This document shows positions 37,454 through 48,029 of a stretch of DNA of 64,000 nt, in pieces. Below the pieces are notes generated by a model, which was given only the letters and a program-made list of their open reading frames with translations, did not search any database and was not told the origin of the DNA. The DNA is from Rhodosorus marinus CCMP1338 (lineage: Eukaryota; Plantae; Rhodophyta), in the NCBI GenBank assembly GCA_029953675.1, contig JAMWBK010000012.1:496001-560000 (forward strand), given 5' to 3'. The stretch's first letter is position 1. The number at the start of each line of letters is the position of its first letter. Position numbers and translations under genes: made by a program.

Positions 37454-38714
37454 TCTTCTCTTTATCTTCAGGTTCTCTCTCTAGGCTGCTTAACTTGATG
37501 TTCTGCGGCTTGAACCACTTTCGCTGTGAGACGCGAACCTCATCGCTTATGTAGTCTTCGTCATCATCAAGAAGACACCAATCTCTCCTTACTATGTCAT
37601 CCCAATGGACTCTGTCAAATTCTCAAAGCTCCTTATTTCGTGGGAACCTCTGGTCTTAGAAGCTTTAGCGCCATTAGACGTTACAATACGTAGAGAACTC
37701 GATCTGACACGCTGAAGTTCTTTTCTCATCGGTCTGGGAGAGAAAAAGCAAAGAAGCCATCCTCATCGTCTTCCTCGACATCACAGTGGAGGACCGCGAG
37801 GCTAGCGTCATATTACGTGGACTGCTTGTGCCGAGAACCATCAACCATTTCTCCTGAAGGTTGGATGGCAAGTCGGAGAGAAAACAGAGCGCGGCGGGTG
37901 TCTGGTGAACTGACTCCATCTTCTCACCATTTTCTGAATCGGTAATCGTGACACCCAGGTTGCATTGCTTCTCATCTCAGATCGAATTTAGTGAAAACCT
38001 GGATGCCCTGAGTACTGACTCAGAAAATGGTCTGGATATGGAGTCAGTTCACGTGACGTCCGCCGCGCTCTGCTTTCTCTCCCACCTGTCATTCAACATT
38101 TAGGCGAAACTAGTGTAGGTAGGTAGAGACGAAGACTACGAATTCATAAATTCATCGGGACAGGCAATTTCAGCACGTGGGGTGATAAAAAAAACTCACA
38201 CGAGTTCAAAGGACAGTATAAACCATCTGCAGTCAGCTCACACGTATTCAAAGGACGAACAGTACGATGAAAATTTGAGCGCGTCGGGTGATAAAGAAAA
38301 CTCACACGCGTTGAAAGGACAGCACAAACCAGCTACTATTCAACCCAACCCTCACCAGAGGAGCTCTTGTTGCCCTCGACGACTCCTCCGTTTCCATCCT
38401 CGCAGGCAGAGGGGGCTACTACAAAATTTCCAGACAGGCTACGTGTTTTTCACAGAGGGGCCATCCAATTCATCATCCAGATGTTGCCCCTCCAAATTAG
38501 GACAATGACTCGCAACAGCCCCGGGGGGATCCCCAGGATCCACGTCCATTTCGGGACATCCCCAAAAAAATTCCTACTTGTCTTTATTTCTGACAGAATA
38601 GACTGAATTATTGATATTTATCGCCATACTACAGTATCATGGATATTTTCTTACGATATCAAGGATAACTATATTTGTCTAAAGTTATACGTGGTCGGCG
38701 TTTATCATCTTCAT

Positions 38715-39463
38715 TGGTGGTTTTACAGGTTTTTACTGGTTTTTTTTAGCACAGCCTGAAACGCTACGCAAGGCGTGGACTCTAACTAAGAACTCGGGAG
38801 GGAATCATGCAAACTAAAGCGCCGATGGCGCGCCTGGGCAAGCATGCTTCTAGAATATCGCCACAGGGCGACACTGAAACGGCGAAAGAGCTCCAAGTAT
38901 TCATAGGATGCTCAGCAAAACGTTTTCGCGACCCCTCCAAACCCGACTTATCCACGTGGCCAAAGGTTTTTACTAGAACAGGTTTTAGCTCTAGGCGTTG
39001 CCCCTCCAAACTCTGACAATGACTCGCAAACCGGTTGTGGCTTTACGAAGGTAGCCTGTTGCGCCACGCGTATAAGGAAACTGGCTTTATTAGAATAGCC
39101 TACAGCGCTACGCAAACCGTTAAAAGGAACTAAGAACTAGGTAGGGAAGCGTGCAAACCCAGGCGCCGATGGCGCGCCTCGGCAAGCATGCTGCTCGAAT
39201 ATCGCCACAGAGAGACACTTAAGCGCCGCAAAATCCCCAAGTATTCAACAGGATGCTCAGTGAGACCTTTCCGATAAGGGAACTAGGGGCTAGGAAGAAC
39301 AGCATGTAAGCCCAGGCGACGGTGGCGTGCCTCGGCGAGCATGTTGCTAGAATACCACCAGAGTACGATACTTTAACAGCGGAGGAGCACCAGATATTCT
39401 TCAGGATGTTCGGTAAAACACTTATGTAGCCACTCGAGGTTTGACTTTTCTAGAGCCCAAAGA
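38715..39463 (-). mobile_element. Composite of at least 3 family B 3' fragments plus a host fragment (38976-39029), 5-bp TSD TTCAT
   Basis: TSD at 38710-38714 and 39464-39468; empty paralogous site near 35175-35195. Confidence 0.8.
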
Positions 39464-39777
39464 TTCATCAGAAACGACAAGAAAGGTTTTAGTATAATTG
39501 TATTGTTCTTCTCACGGTTTCCGGGGTTAGATTTATATTATATACAATACGTAATACAGTAAAAACTATATTATGGTTGTTAAAATAAAAAAGTTACTAG
39601 TCATGTACATAAAAATTGATATCCATCGGATCGTAATTCTTTTTGGGTCCAAGAGTTTCGTCGGGGGTTACGAGCTTCTATCAAATAAACTGATGTTATT
39701 CAATATAATTCTACGTTTCTGTACTAATATCGTACTGTTCGTACAAGACAATGGTGTAAGGTGGTAAGTGAAATAAT

Positions 39778-40520
39778 TTATTTAAACGGAGACTGAAAGA
39801 AAAAACCCAGAGGAGAAAAAAAGCCTAAGCGGCGAAGATCACGCGCCTCCAACATCAAAGCAACGTTCATACGCCACATCGAGAAACTTAAACGGATAAA
39901 CAACGAGGACAGACGGTCAGGGCGTTCTCGGAACAATTCCCGAAGCCAACGAGAGCCGACAGAATCCACAAACCCAAAGCACTCAATGACCAGAGCTACC
40001 AGGCGATGAGCTAGAACCGAAGCACGAATGCTTGGAGAAGACAAGGCCCTCGCATCAACTCTTAGACCGTCTCATATTGGCGGCGGCAACTCCACGGCGC
40101 TCTCCCGCAGCCGCCAAATAGGGACCAGCCTGAGAATTAGGAACAGCAAGATCAACGTACGTCGTACTGCGGCGGTGACCACGAGGTCAGCCACCCAGCG
40201 CTCGTCATTCTGGTAGTCTGCGACAGGCAGGGGCTTCTCACGTTCAATTTCAAGACCGACTTGCCGTACGATAGGTAGAAGTTCGCCCTTGAACCGGTAC
40301 AAGAGGTTCAAGATCTGCGTATGTCGTCGGGTTGGGGCGCCTTTCACAGCCGGGCAGCTGGCGAGCAGGCGGGCGCCAAAACCCGCGGTGTCTTCATTCT
40401 GAGAGCACATAGGGCACAGTGAACCCATCCGGGAAGGCCAGGGCGGCTGATGCAAGCCGAGGTATAAGCGCAGAGAAGTGCGCACTTCGAAATCGGTGAG
40501 TGTGAGTGGTGGAAATGTCA
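39778..40520 (-). mobile_element. Family A 3' fragment (knuckle and RLE) with internal deletion
   Basis: CPMCSQNEDTAGFGARLLASC, EREKPLPVAD, LVALVIECFG. Confidence 0.85.
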
Positions 40521-40559
40521 TACGGCAATGATTTCTCTTCATAATACGAATGCACTTCA

Positions 40560-41696
40560 GACGACGGTATGCTGAGAGTATGTCCAGTCTGCCTCGCGCT
40601 GAGGGTCGCTCCCACCGGTTCCAGCCTTTCATTGTGGAAAGCTTTGGTCACGTGGAGAAGTCGGGTTTAGAGTGGTTGCGGAAATGTTTCACTGAGCATC
40701 CTGTTGAATAATTGGAACTTTTGCGGCGTTTAAGTGTCTCTCTGTGGCGATATTCGAGCAGCATGCTTGCCGAGGCGCGCCATCGGCGCCTGGGTTTGCA
40801 CGCTTCCCTACCTAGTTATTAGTTCATCATAGGGCATACGGTTGAGGTTGAGTCGGAACTGCCCAGATCAATCTCGGACTCTGCAAAGCCCCGTTGTGTA
40901 GCCGATCTCCTCGTCTCCGACGCTGCTGCCCGACGCTCAACATATGTGGACCTTGCGATTACCTGCCCCGTGGCCAGCGCCCACCTCACCGCAGCCGCCC
41001 GCCGCCGGGGGGCCGCGGCTTCAGCCCTTCGAAGAGTTAAGGAACAACGGTATGCTGAGAGCATGGCCAGTCTGCCTTGCGCTGAGGGTCGCTCTCACCG
41101 GTTCCAGCCATTCATTGTGGAAAGCTTTGGTCACGTGGATAAGTCGGGTTTAGAGTGGTTGCGGAAATGTTGTGCTGAGCATCCTACTGAATATTTGGCG
41201 CTCTTGAGGCGTTTAAGTGTCTCCCTTTGGCGACATTCCAGCCACATGCTTTCCGAGGCGCGCCATCGGCGCCTGGGGTTGCATGCTTCCCTCCCTAGTT
41301 ATTAGTTCATCTTCACGCCTTGCGTAGCGCTTCAGGCTATGCTACTTGGACAAATCCAGGAGGAGTTGTTGTCTAGGATTGGAGTTTTGTTTCTTTTTCG
41401 GTCGCGAGCGTGTTCGTTTACGGGAAGCGCTTCCTCTGGTACGCCTTCCCCTCGATTTTCCGCGGGGCGTCGTTTGCATTTGCAACTACTTCTGTCTTCC
41501 GGGTGGGTGTGTTGCGGGGCCTTTCCTCTTTTTTTTATTATTAGGTCATCTTCACGCCTTGCGTAGCGCTTCAGGCTATGCTAGTAAAGTCCAGGCTATG
41601 CTAGTAAAGTCCAGTAAAGTCCAGTAAAGTCCAGTCCAATAAAGCCAGTAATTTCCAGTAAAGTCCAGTAAAGTCCAGTCCAGTCCAGTAAAGCCC
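40560..41696 (+). mobile_element. Concatemer B(40560-40825)+B(40826-41345)+5'UTR-like segment(41346-41535)+B 3' end with long tail; 9-bp TSD TGCACTTCA
   Basis: TSD at 40551-40559 and 41697-41705. Confidence 0.85.
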
Positions 41697-42516
41697 TGCA
41701 CTTCAAGAATAGCCTATTTTAGAAATAATAACTATACTTGTGAATGGGTACGACCCAGCACTGGTTAAACCCGCGAAAACAGGGGGGTTTGTGAAGCATG
41801 CCCGGCAATAAGTTGGTAATATAAAAAAAAAATGCGATAGGCGATTCCAGTGCGACCGTCAAGAATTTATGTTTTCTTAGGTGGGCAATGAAATTTTAAT
41901 GACTATCAAGGTTTTTTTCGTGAGCAACGGGAAATTGCATGTTTTTTTTTTTCAGAATCGCACTTTGAAGGGCCGCGCAGACCACGAACAACAGTGAGGG
42001 GAGCTTGGGCGATTAGAAACCGGTGGGGAAGCAGTTCTGAGGAGGTGATGAAACAGAGGACAAGGGATCCGCAGGGTATGAGTAGAAGAGCTACTTGAGC
42101 TCGAATCGGGCTTGGGAGGATTCAGGAGATTGCGGATAATTAAGCTTCTTCCATGGAAGTGGGATCATTATCTTTTGACAAGAGCATTGGAAGGCTGAGG
42201 AAGAGTCATGAAACAGAAGCGGAGCCAGTAAGCCCTAGCTTGCGAACATCAAGTCTTTGTGGACCCTTTTTCCATGGACAAGTTTGCGGAGTTCGTGTCT
42301 TTGGCTAGAAGGTATTTACCATCAGTTTATTCGAACGAATGGTTGTTTCAGGGTATTCAATAAGACACAACTCCTCAGCTTTTGTGTTTCAAGTTGCACA
42401 GGCTTCGGAAGCCTTTATAGGAAGTATCTGAAATAAAGAGTTCAACAAAGCCTTCATTTGTCGGAAAAAGGTTTCCGGTCCTTTCTCCTCGCCATCCGTA
42501 TATTAGTAGCTCCGCT

Positions 42517-42648
42517 AGACTGTGTGAGCGGAGCATACAATTTACTCTTTGAACTCGTGCATGTTAGCAGTAGAATATGCGAGACTGTGTGAACAGACCA
42601 TACAGTCTACTCTTTGAACTCGTGCATGCTAGCAGTAGAATATGTCAA
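42517..42648. repeat. Tandem duplication of a 66-bp unit
   Basis: AGACTGTGTGA...TACTCTTTGAACTCGTGCATG.TAGCAGTAGAATATG twice. Confidence 0.85.
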
Positions 42649-42961
42649 ACAATAGCCATCCGTCTGCGCTGCCATTTGCAAACACTATCTCAACTCCGGC
42701 CACTACAGGTATATTGAAATACGAAAGAAAACTATTTTCCGTCTGTATGACCAATAGGAGAAGCATCCGGTTCTTTTTCACCATTCATAATCCCTTAACA
42801 ACCTTAAAATACTTGTCATTGGTAGTCATTATTCTAATTAAAGAATAAAAATAGCATGTCCTTTAAAATACTAAATTATACAATTTAATCTTTTTCGCTT
42901 TATCCGAATGAATGAATGGTTTAATCGGAGGCTGAAAAAAAACCCCGAGGGGAAAAAAAGA

Positions 42962-45900
42962 CTAAGCGCGGCGAAGTACTCGCGCCTCCAACATCAAAGC
43001 GGCATTCATGCGCCACAGCAGGAAACTTAAGCGGGTAAACAACGATTGAAGACGGTCAGGGCGTTCGCGGAACAACTCCCGAAGCCAGCGAGAACCAACA
43101 GAGTCCATGAACCCAAAGCACTCAATGATCAGGGGTACCAAGCGATGTGCTAGTGCCGAAGCACGAACACCAGGGGAAGACAAAGCCCCCGCGTATTTGA
43201 TCTCTTTGCGGCGTCTCATGCTGGCGGCGGCAGATCCACGGCGCTCCCCCGCAGCCGGGAGATAACGACTAGCTTGAGGGTTAGGAACAGCAAGATCAAC
43301 GTATGTGGTACGGCGGCTGTCGTCACAGGTGATCACCAGGTCGGCTACACGGCGTTCATCATTTTGAAAGTCCGCGACGGGTAAAGGTTTCTCACGTTCG
43401 ATTTCCAGACCGGCTTGCCGGACTATAGGCCGAAGTTCCCGGTATAACAGGTTCAAGATCCGTGTGTGGCGGCGGGTTCGAGCACCTTTCACCGCCGGGC
43501 AACTAGCGAGCAGGTGGGCGCCAAAATCTGCGTTGTCTTCAGTCTGAGAGCAGAGAGGGCACGACGAACCCATCTCGTACGGCCAAGGGGGCTGATGTAA
43601 GCCGAGGTATAAGCGCAGTGAAGTACGCACTTCGAAATCCGACAGTGTGAGTGGCGGAAAGGCTGGTACGGTCATGAGCCACTGAGAGCTAATAACCCCT
43701 CCAAGACTACGTAGGCGGGCGCGAGCGCGAGAAGATGAGACCATCTGCGCGAGGAGTCGGCCATATGCAGCACGGTGCAAGTCCCAAGAAAGGATATTTT
43801 GCAGCGCATCCGTGCGTGCTTGAGCTCGGCTCCCAGCGCGCTGGGAATCATCAGGAGCATCAACTGGAACTTCTTCTTCTGCGGCAACCACTGGGTCAAT
43901 CTCCCTAGAACAGGTTCAGGCGCAGGACGAATCCCCGGGGCGGAGCCTCGAGAGCGGTCAAATACAGCTTGCCAGTCAGGAAGACGGGGTTGAACGGTTT
44001 CAGGGAGACTAGTACAGGAATTCAGGGCGGTTTGGAGCTCCAGAAACAAGTCTTGGGCGCTTTCCGGTACGCTGGGAAGCAAGACACCCCGCGAGAGGCT
44101 CGCCATCAAATTGCGGAACTTCGAGATACCCAAGCTGCTCAAAGTGGGAAGTGCGGTTCCCCAGGCCCCTACTGCAGCTGCAGGTTGGACCACAACACGA
44201 TTGCAGAGGCCCAGTCCCCCCAATCGCAATGGGAGGCCTACCTGGGCGCGCACAACATCACAGGTGGGTCGCGGCAGAGCGCTCAGCTCTTCATCGAGAA
44301 AATACCCCAGGTCACGGAAACTTTCAGCATCCGCACGAGTGGCCAACCACCGGCCCCAATGAGTTGGAAGTGAGCGAAGCCAATAGGTTAACCGCTGACT
44401 GCAACAATACCGAAACAGCAACAACGAGCACTGGAGAAAGCCCGGAGGTAGCCGTCGAAGCTCTGCAACCAGCTGTCTGTGCTTACCGAGGAGCTGCAGC
44501 AACTCGCCTTCAACGAAGGACGGCGACCCGTAGGGGATGCCTAAGTGGACAAAACCATCCGGTCTCCAAATATCCTGGAACGACGCAGGTACCTGCTGCT
44601 CTTGTGCAGCTACACCTCCCCAGTAGAACGATTTGTGATGATTAACCTCCAGGTCAACCCGCGAAGCCAAGGAGCGGAGACGATCATAAGCGAGTGCTAG
44701 AGTATCAAGGGGCCCCAGGAGGCACACGTCGTCGTGGTATGCAACTGTACGAACCTGCGGGAATTCGGAGCGAAGACGAAGCAAGACGAGTTGTAGTCCA
44801 CAGGCATGTAGGAAAGGGGACAAGGGATCACCCTGTTGTACCCCTGTGCGCGCCGCAAACGTGTGTGAGGAAGCGCCAAGGGTGTCATATGTAGCCCCAC
44901 GACCAAGCGGAGAATAAAGTCTACTAACAAAGGGAAAGCCTACAGGGAAGACTTCGCGCACCACGTGCATGAGAGCCGGACGAGAGACGCGGTTGAACGC
45001 ATTGGTAAAATCTACAGAGAGGAGCCCAGAATCTGGGGAGTACGCCATTTCCGAACGGAGTAAAACAGACAACAACTCACAGCCACCACGATAGCCCACG
45101 CCTAACTGCACGTGCCCAAAGAAACGGCGGGATTCGGGAACCAGGATTTTCACTAACCATCGCGCCGCCAATTTGCGGACCACCTCAACCAGGCCAATAG
45201 GGCGAATAGCAGGGCTCGAGGCCGTGTGGCCGGGCTTCGAAAGCAGACACAACTGAGAACGCCCGACCAAGAACCACGCACACTCACACAGGGGATCACC
45301 ATTCACAAGCGCTTCGACCACCCACGCCAACGCCTTCAAACCTTCATCACTTAAGAAACGGAGATATTCCACCCGCAGCCCCGAGGGCCCTGGGGAACGG
45401 CCCTTCGGAGCATCATGAACCAACTCACGCACCGCCTCCAGATTGACCACTAGCCGCGCACTGGGATGTGGCGCGGCGCGGTACTCTTCCAACACTGATT
45501 CAAACGAGGAGTCCCAAGGGGAGCCTTCCGAGGGAAAGAGCAAACGGAGCGGTGAAGAAAGATCATTGGAGTATGGAACCACAGGTTGCCGCTGCTGGAG
45601 GATCCCGGCTGCCCGCCGCAGATCACCGCCTGCCACCGCGTGACGCGCCCGATTCTGTCGAGAAGACCTAAAAGCTGAGGGAGCACTAGGAGAAAAGGAA
45701 GAGAGAGAAGCGAAATAAAGACGTTCGAGGTCCTCAAAGTCGCCGGAAAGGAACATTTGCAGTTTTCGGCGAGGGTGGACCCGGCGAGGATGTGGGTTGA
45801 GGGGGACGGTAGAGGAGGTGAGCACGAGGCGGGGAAAAAAGAACAAGAGTTCCCAGCGAAGAGAGCAGTGAGGGTTCGCCGCGACCTGCTGCCAGAGAAA

Positions 45901-46104
45901 ATCCAACACCAATCCTAGGGGCTTATGAAGTCGACGAGGGAGCCGTACGGCCGTGCTCTGACGACAAAGGGGAAGGGAACCGTCCGGGTAGGAGGCGACA
46001 AGGTGCGAAAACCACGAGAGAACACGCTCATGCCAGGCTGAACGGTCACTGGTAAGCAGGGGTAACCGGGACGACACGCACGCGGAGGAGGAAGACTCAG
46101 ACAT
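42962..46104 (-). pseudogene. ORF2: reverse transcriptase plus CCHC knuckle plus restriction-like endonuclease, one frameshift at about 43903-43905 (1047 aa if repaired)
   Basis: GRSPGPSGLR, IRPIG, DFTNAFN, GVQQGDPLSP, AYHDD, LGIPYG, LPLRLGGLG, CPLC-x11-H-x4-C, RRHTRI, RRVADL, YVDLAVPNP, KEIKY, PLIIECFG. Confidence 0.92.
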
Positions 46105-47509
46105 CGGGCCTCCCCTCAGTCGGGAAGGCAGATCGAATATCCGGAGGAGGTGCCTCGGAGGGAGGCTCAGGAGCCGCACGACGCTTACGTGGAGGGCGCA
46201 CGAAGGAACTAAAAGACCTGAAGAAAGTAGACACAGGGTTTTCAGCAGCGGAGTCTTGACTGAGGGTGTCCAGAGCCAGCGGATTCGGAGAGGCCGATGG
46301 TGCTTCTGCCATGTCGGTGTCACGAGCCTCGGAGACAGGGCGAGGGGAGGAAGGGTGCTCAAGAGTCGGCGGCAGAAGGTCAAACGCAGGGTGGGCTTCC
46401 AGCAGGGTGCCCTCAGTGGAGAGGAAGGCCTCTAGCGCGGTGCGGAGGACCCCGCGAGGAGGAAAACGCGCGAAGAGGCTCGCCTGTATGCGCGAGAGCC
46501 GCGCCGCATGAGTGTGTAGCGCGACAACCGAAGCCTGCGAGGCATCCAGGTTTTGCAAGGCCGACGGAGGAACCCAGCCGGCGTCAAAACGATCGAACTC
46601 GACAAACAAAGAGACATGAGGACGAGTCAGTATCATGTTGGCCAGAGCAGAGCGCTGGGGCGCGGGGGTGGTTACAAGCAATTGAAGGAACTGGTAAGCC
46701 GAGTCAGTAACAAGAAAACAGGCATGAGGGCCCGTGAAGTCCACATATAGGAATTCAGACGGGGCCACCCCAAGGGAGGAAGCCATGGTGTCGCGAAAAT
46801 CGCGTTAGTGGACGGGCGCGCGGCCCCGACCACGAGAGGGGGTCTGGGGACGCACGTTCGTCATCCAAACAAAGTGGAACGGAGATAGTTGGCGAGAAGA
46901 GTCAATAGGGATGTGTTGTGGCATCATACGCACCATTGCCGTCGTGCGTTGTTCAGAAGAGCCCCTGCGTAGGACCTGCGAATAGGTCGCACGTGGGGCA
47001 CTGGAGGGAGCAGGATTCGGGCCCGACGCGGGCCCAGGAGGCGTCTGTCCTTGAATAGGGGTAGGCCAGTCGGAATCAGGAATGGCCGGAGCGGAGCGCT
47101 CGGGTCGGGTGGAGGTAGGCCCCGCTGTACCGTGCGGATCCGCGGGGACGGGCACCGGGGGGTATAGGGCAGGCGCGGAGGCGGAGAAGCGCTCCAAATA
47201 GGCGATCAGCAGGGGCAGGCGGTGTTCCTGGGAAGCAGTCACAAGAAGACTCGTCAGTTTCGAGCAGATCCCAGGGGCTAACTCGTCAGCGCAGTCCGTG
47301 AGGGTGGCCGCGGTACTAAACCCGCCCACGCAGAGCTCCACGCGCGCTGAGAGAACGGCTCCGTCCGCCGGAATAGGTGGGGAAACCCCAACTATAACGA
47401 TTGGAAGGTGTGAAAAACCGATTCCCCCACGAAACCCCCAAAAAGAGAACTTGTTCCCAACGTTTGCAACCAAAGAAAAACCACCACGACCTCCAAGGGG
47501 CGCTAGCAA
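46097..47509 (-). pseudogene. ORF1 of the family A element (about 470 codons, one in-frame TAA at 46805-46807, no early ATG)
   Basis: Track ORFs 46805-47509 and 46097-46786 share a frame; ATYSQVLRR motif; Pro-rich linkers; the stop overlaps the ORF2 ATG. Confidence 0.7.
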
Positions 47510-47863
47510 CCCCCAGCACGCACCACACCACTAGAAGATGCGGGGGAAAGGCTGCAGAAAGAAGCGCCTCCCACCGAAGAACACAATTGCGACTCAAAAC
47601 CACCAAAAGCCAGCACCATACACCCTCACGAAACCAATAACAATTGGGTTTTAGACTTCGAATGCCGGACCAATGCATTGCCTTAAAAAAGCGGATTAGC
47701 TAATCATTAAATTGCCCACCAACTCAAAACCGCCTACCCAGAGGGTCGGCTTTGTTTTCCAATGCATAGTCGATTCTGTGCGTGCAATGAACGAGGGAGG
47801 GAAACGCGTTTTTGAGTGGGTAGGCACTAAACGCGTAATTCCACCTCCAGGTTCCGCCGAAAG

Positions 47864-47870
47864 TTTTATA
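47864..47870 (-). promoter_or_regulatory. Candidate TATA box (TATAAAA) upstream of the full-length element leader
   Basis: About 30 nt before a strongly base-paired segment starting near 47835. Confidence 0.35.
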
Positions 47871-48029
47871 TCCTACCGAGCGTGGGCAAACGCGAAATAT
47901 TGCCCACCTATACTTCCCAGCCCGGACTGGACAACTCGTTTCCTGCACAACCCTAGTATTGCGGGGTGACCAGTTGGCACCTTTTCTTGCACGCCTGTGG
48001 GCTTCAGGCCTTTTTGCTTAGCCTGCGTT

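Larger units (their letters stand above)
42906..47700 (-). mobile_element. Apparently full-length family A CRE-like non-LTR retrotransposon (ORF1, ORF2 RT-RLE, (CATT)3 tail); 5' end uncertain, possibly about 47840
   Basis: Complete RT motifs, zinc knuckle, RLE motifs, upstream ORF1 and GT-rich 5' leader. Confidence 0.92.

Noticed and set aside
43895-43945. Programmed -1 ribosomal frameshift in ORF2
   Set aside because: No canonical slippery heptamer with an A/U run. The CCCGGGG run lies upstream of a TGA in the -1 frame. A 1-nt deletion is the simpler explanation.
47316-47678. 120-aa ATG ORF upstream of ORF1
   Set aside because: Trp/Phe/Gly-rich translation of a GT-rich leader with no domain; at most a uORF.
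42880-47900. TSD around the full-length A element
   Set aside because: No direct repeat of the left flank (TTTTTCGCTTTATCC) was found near the 5' end, so the 5' boundary remains undefined.
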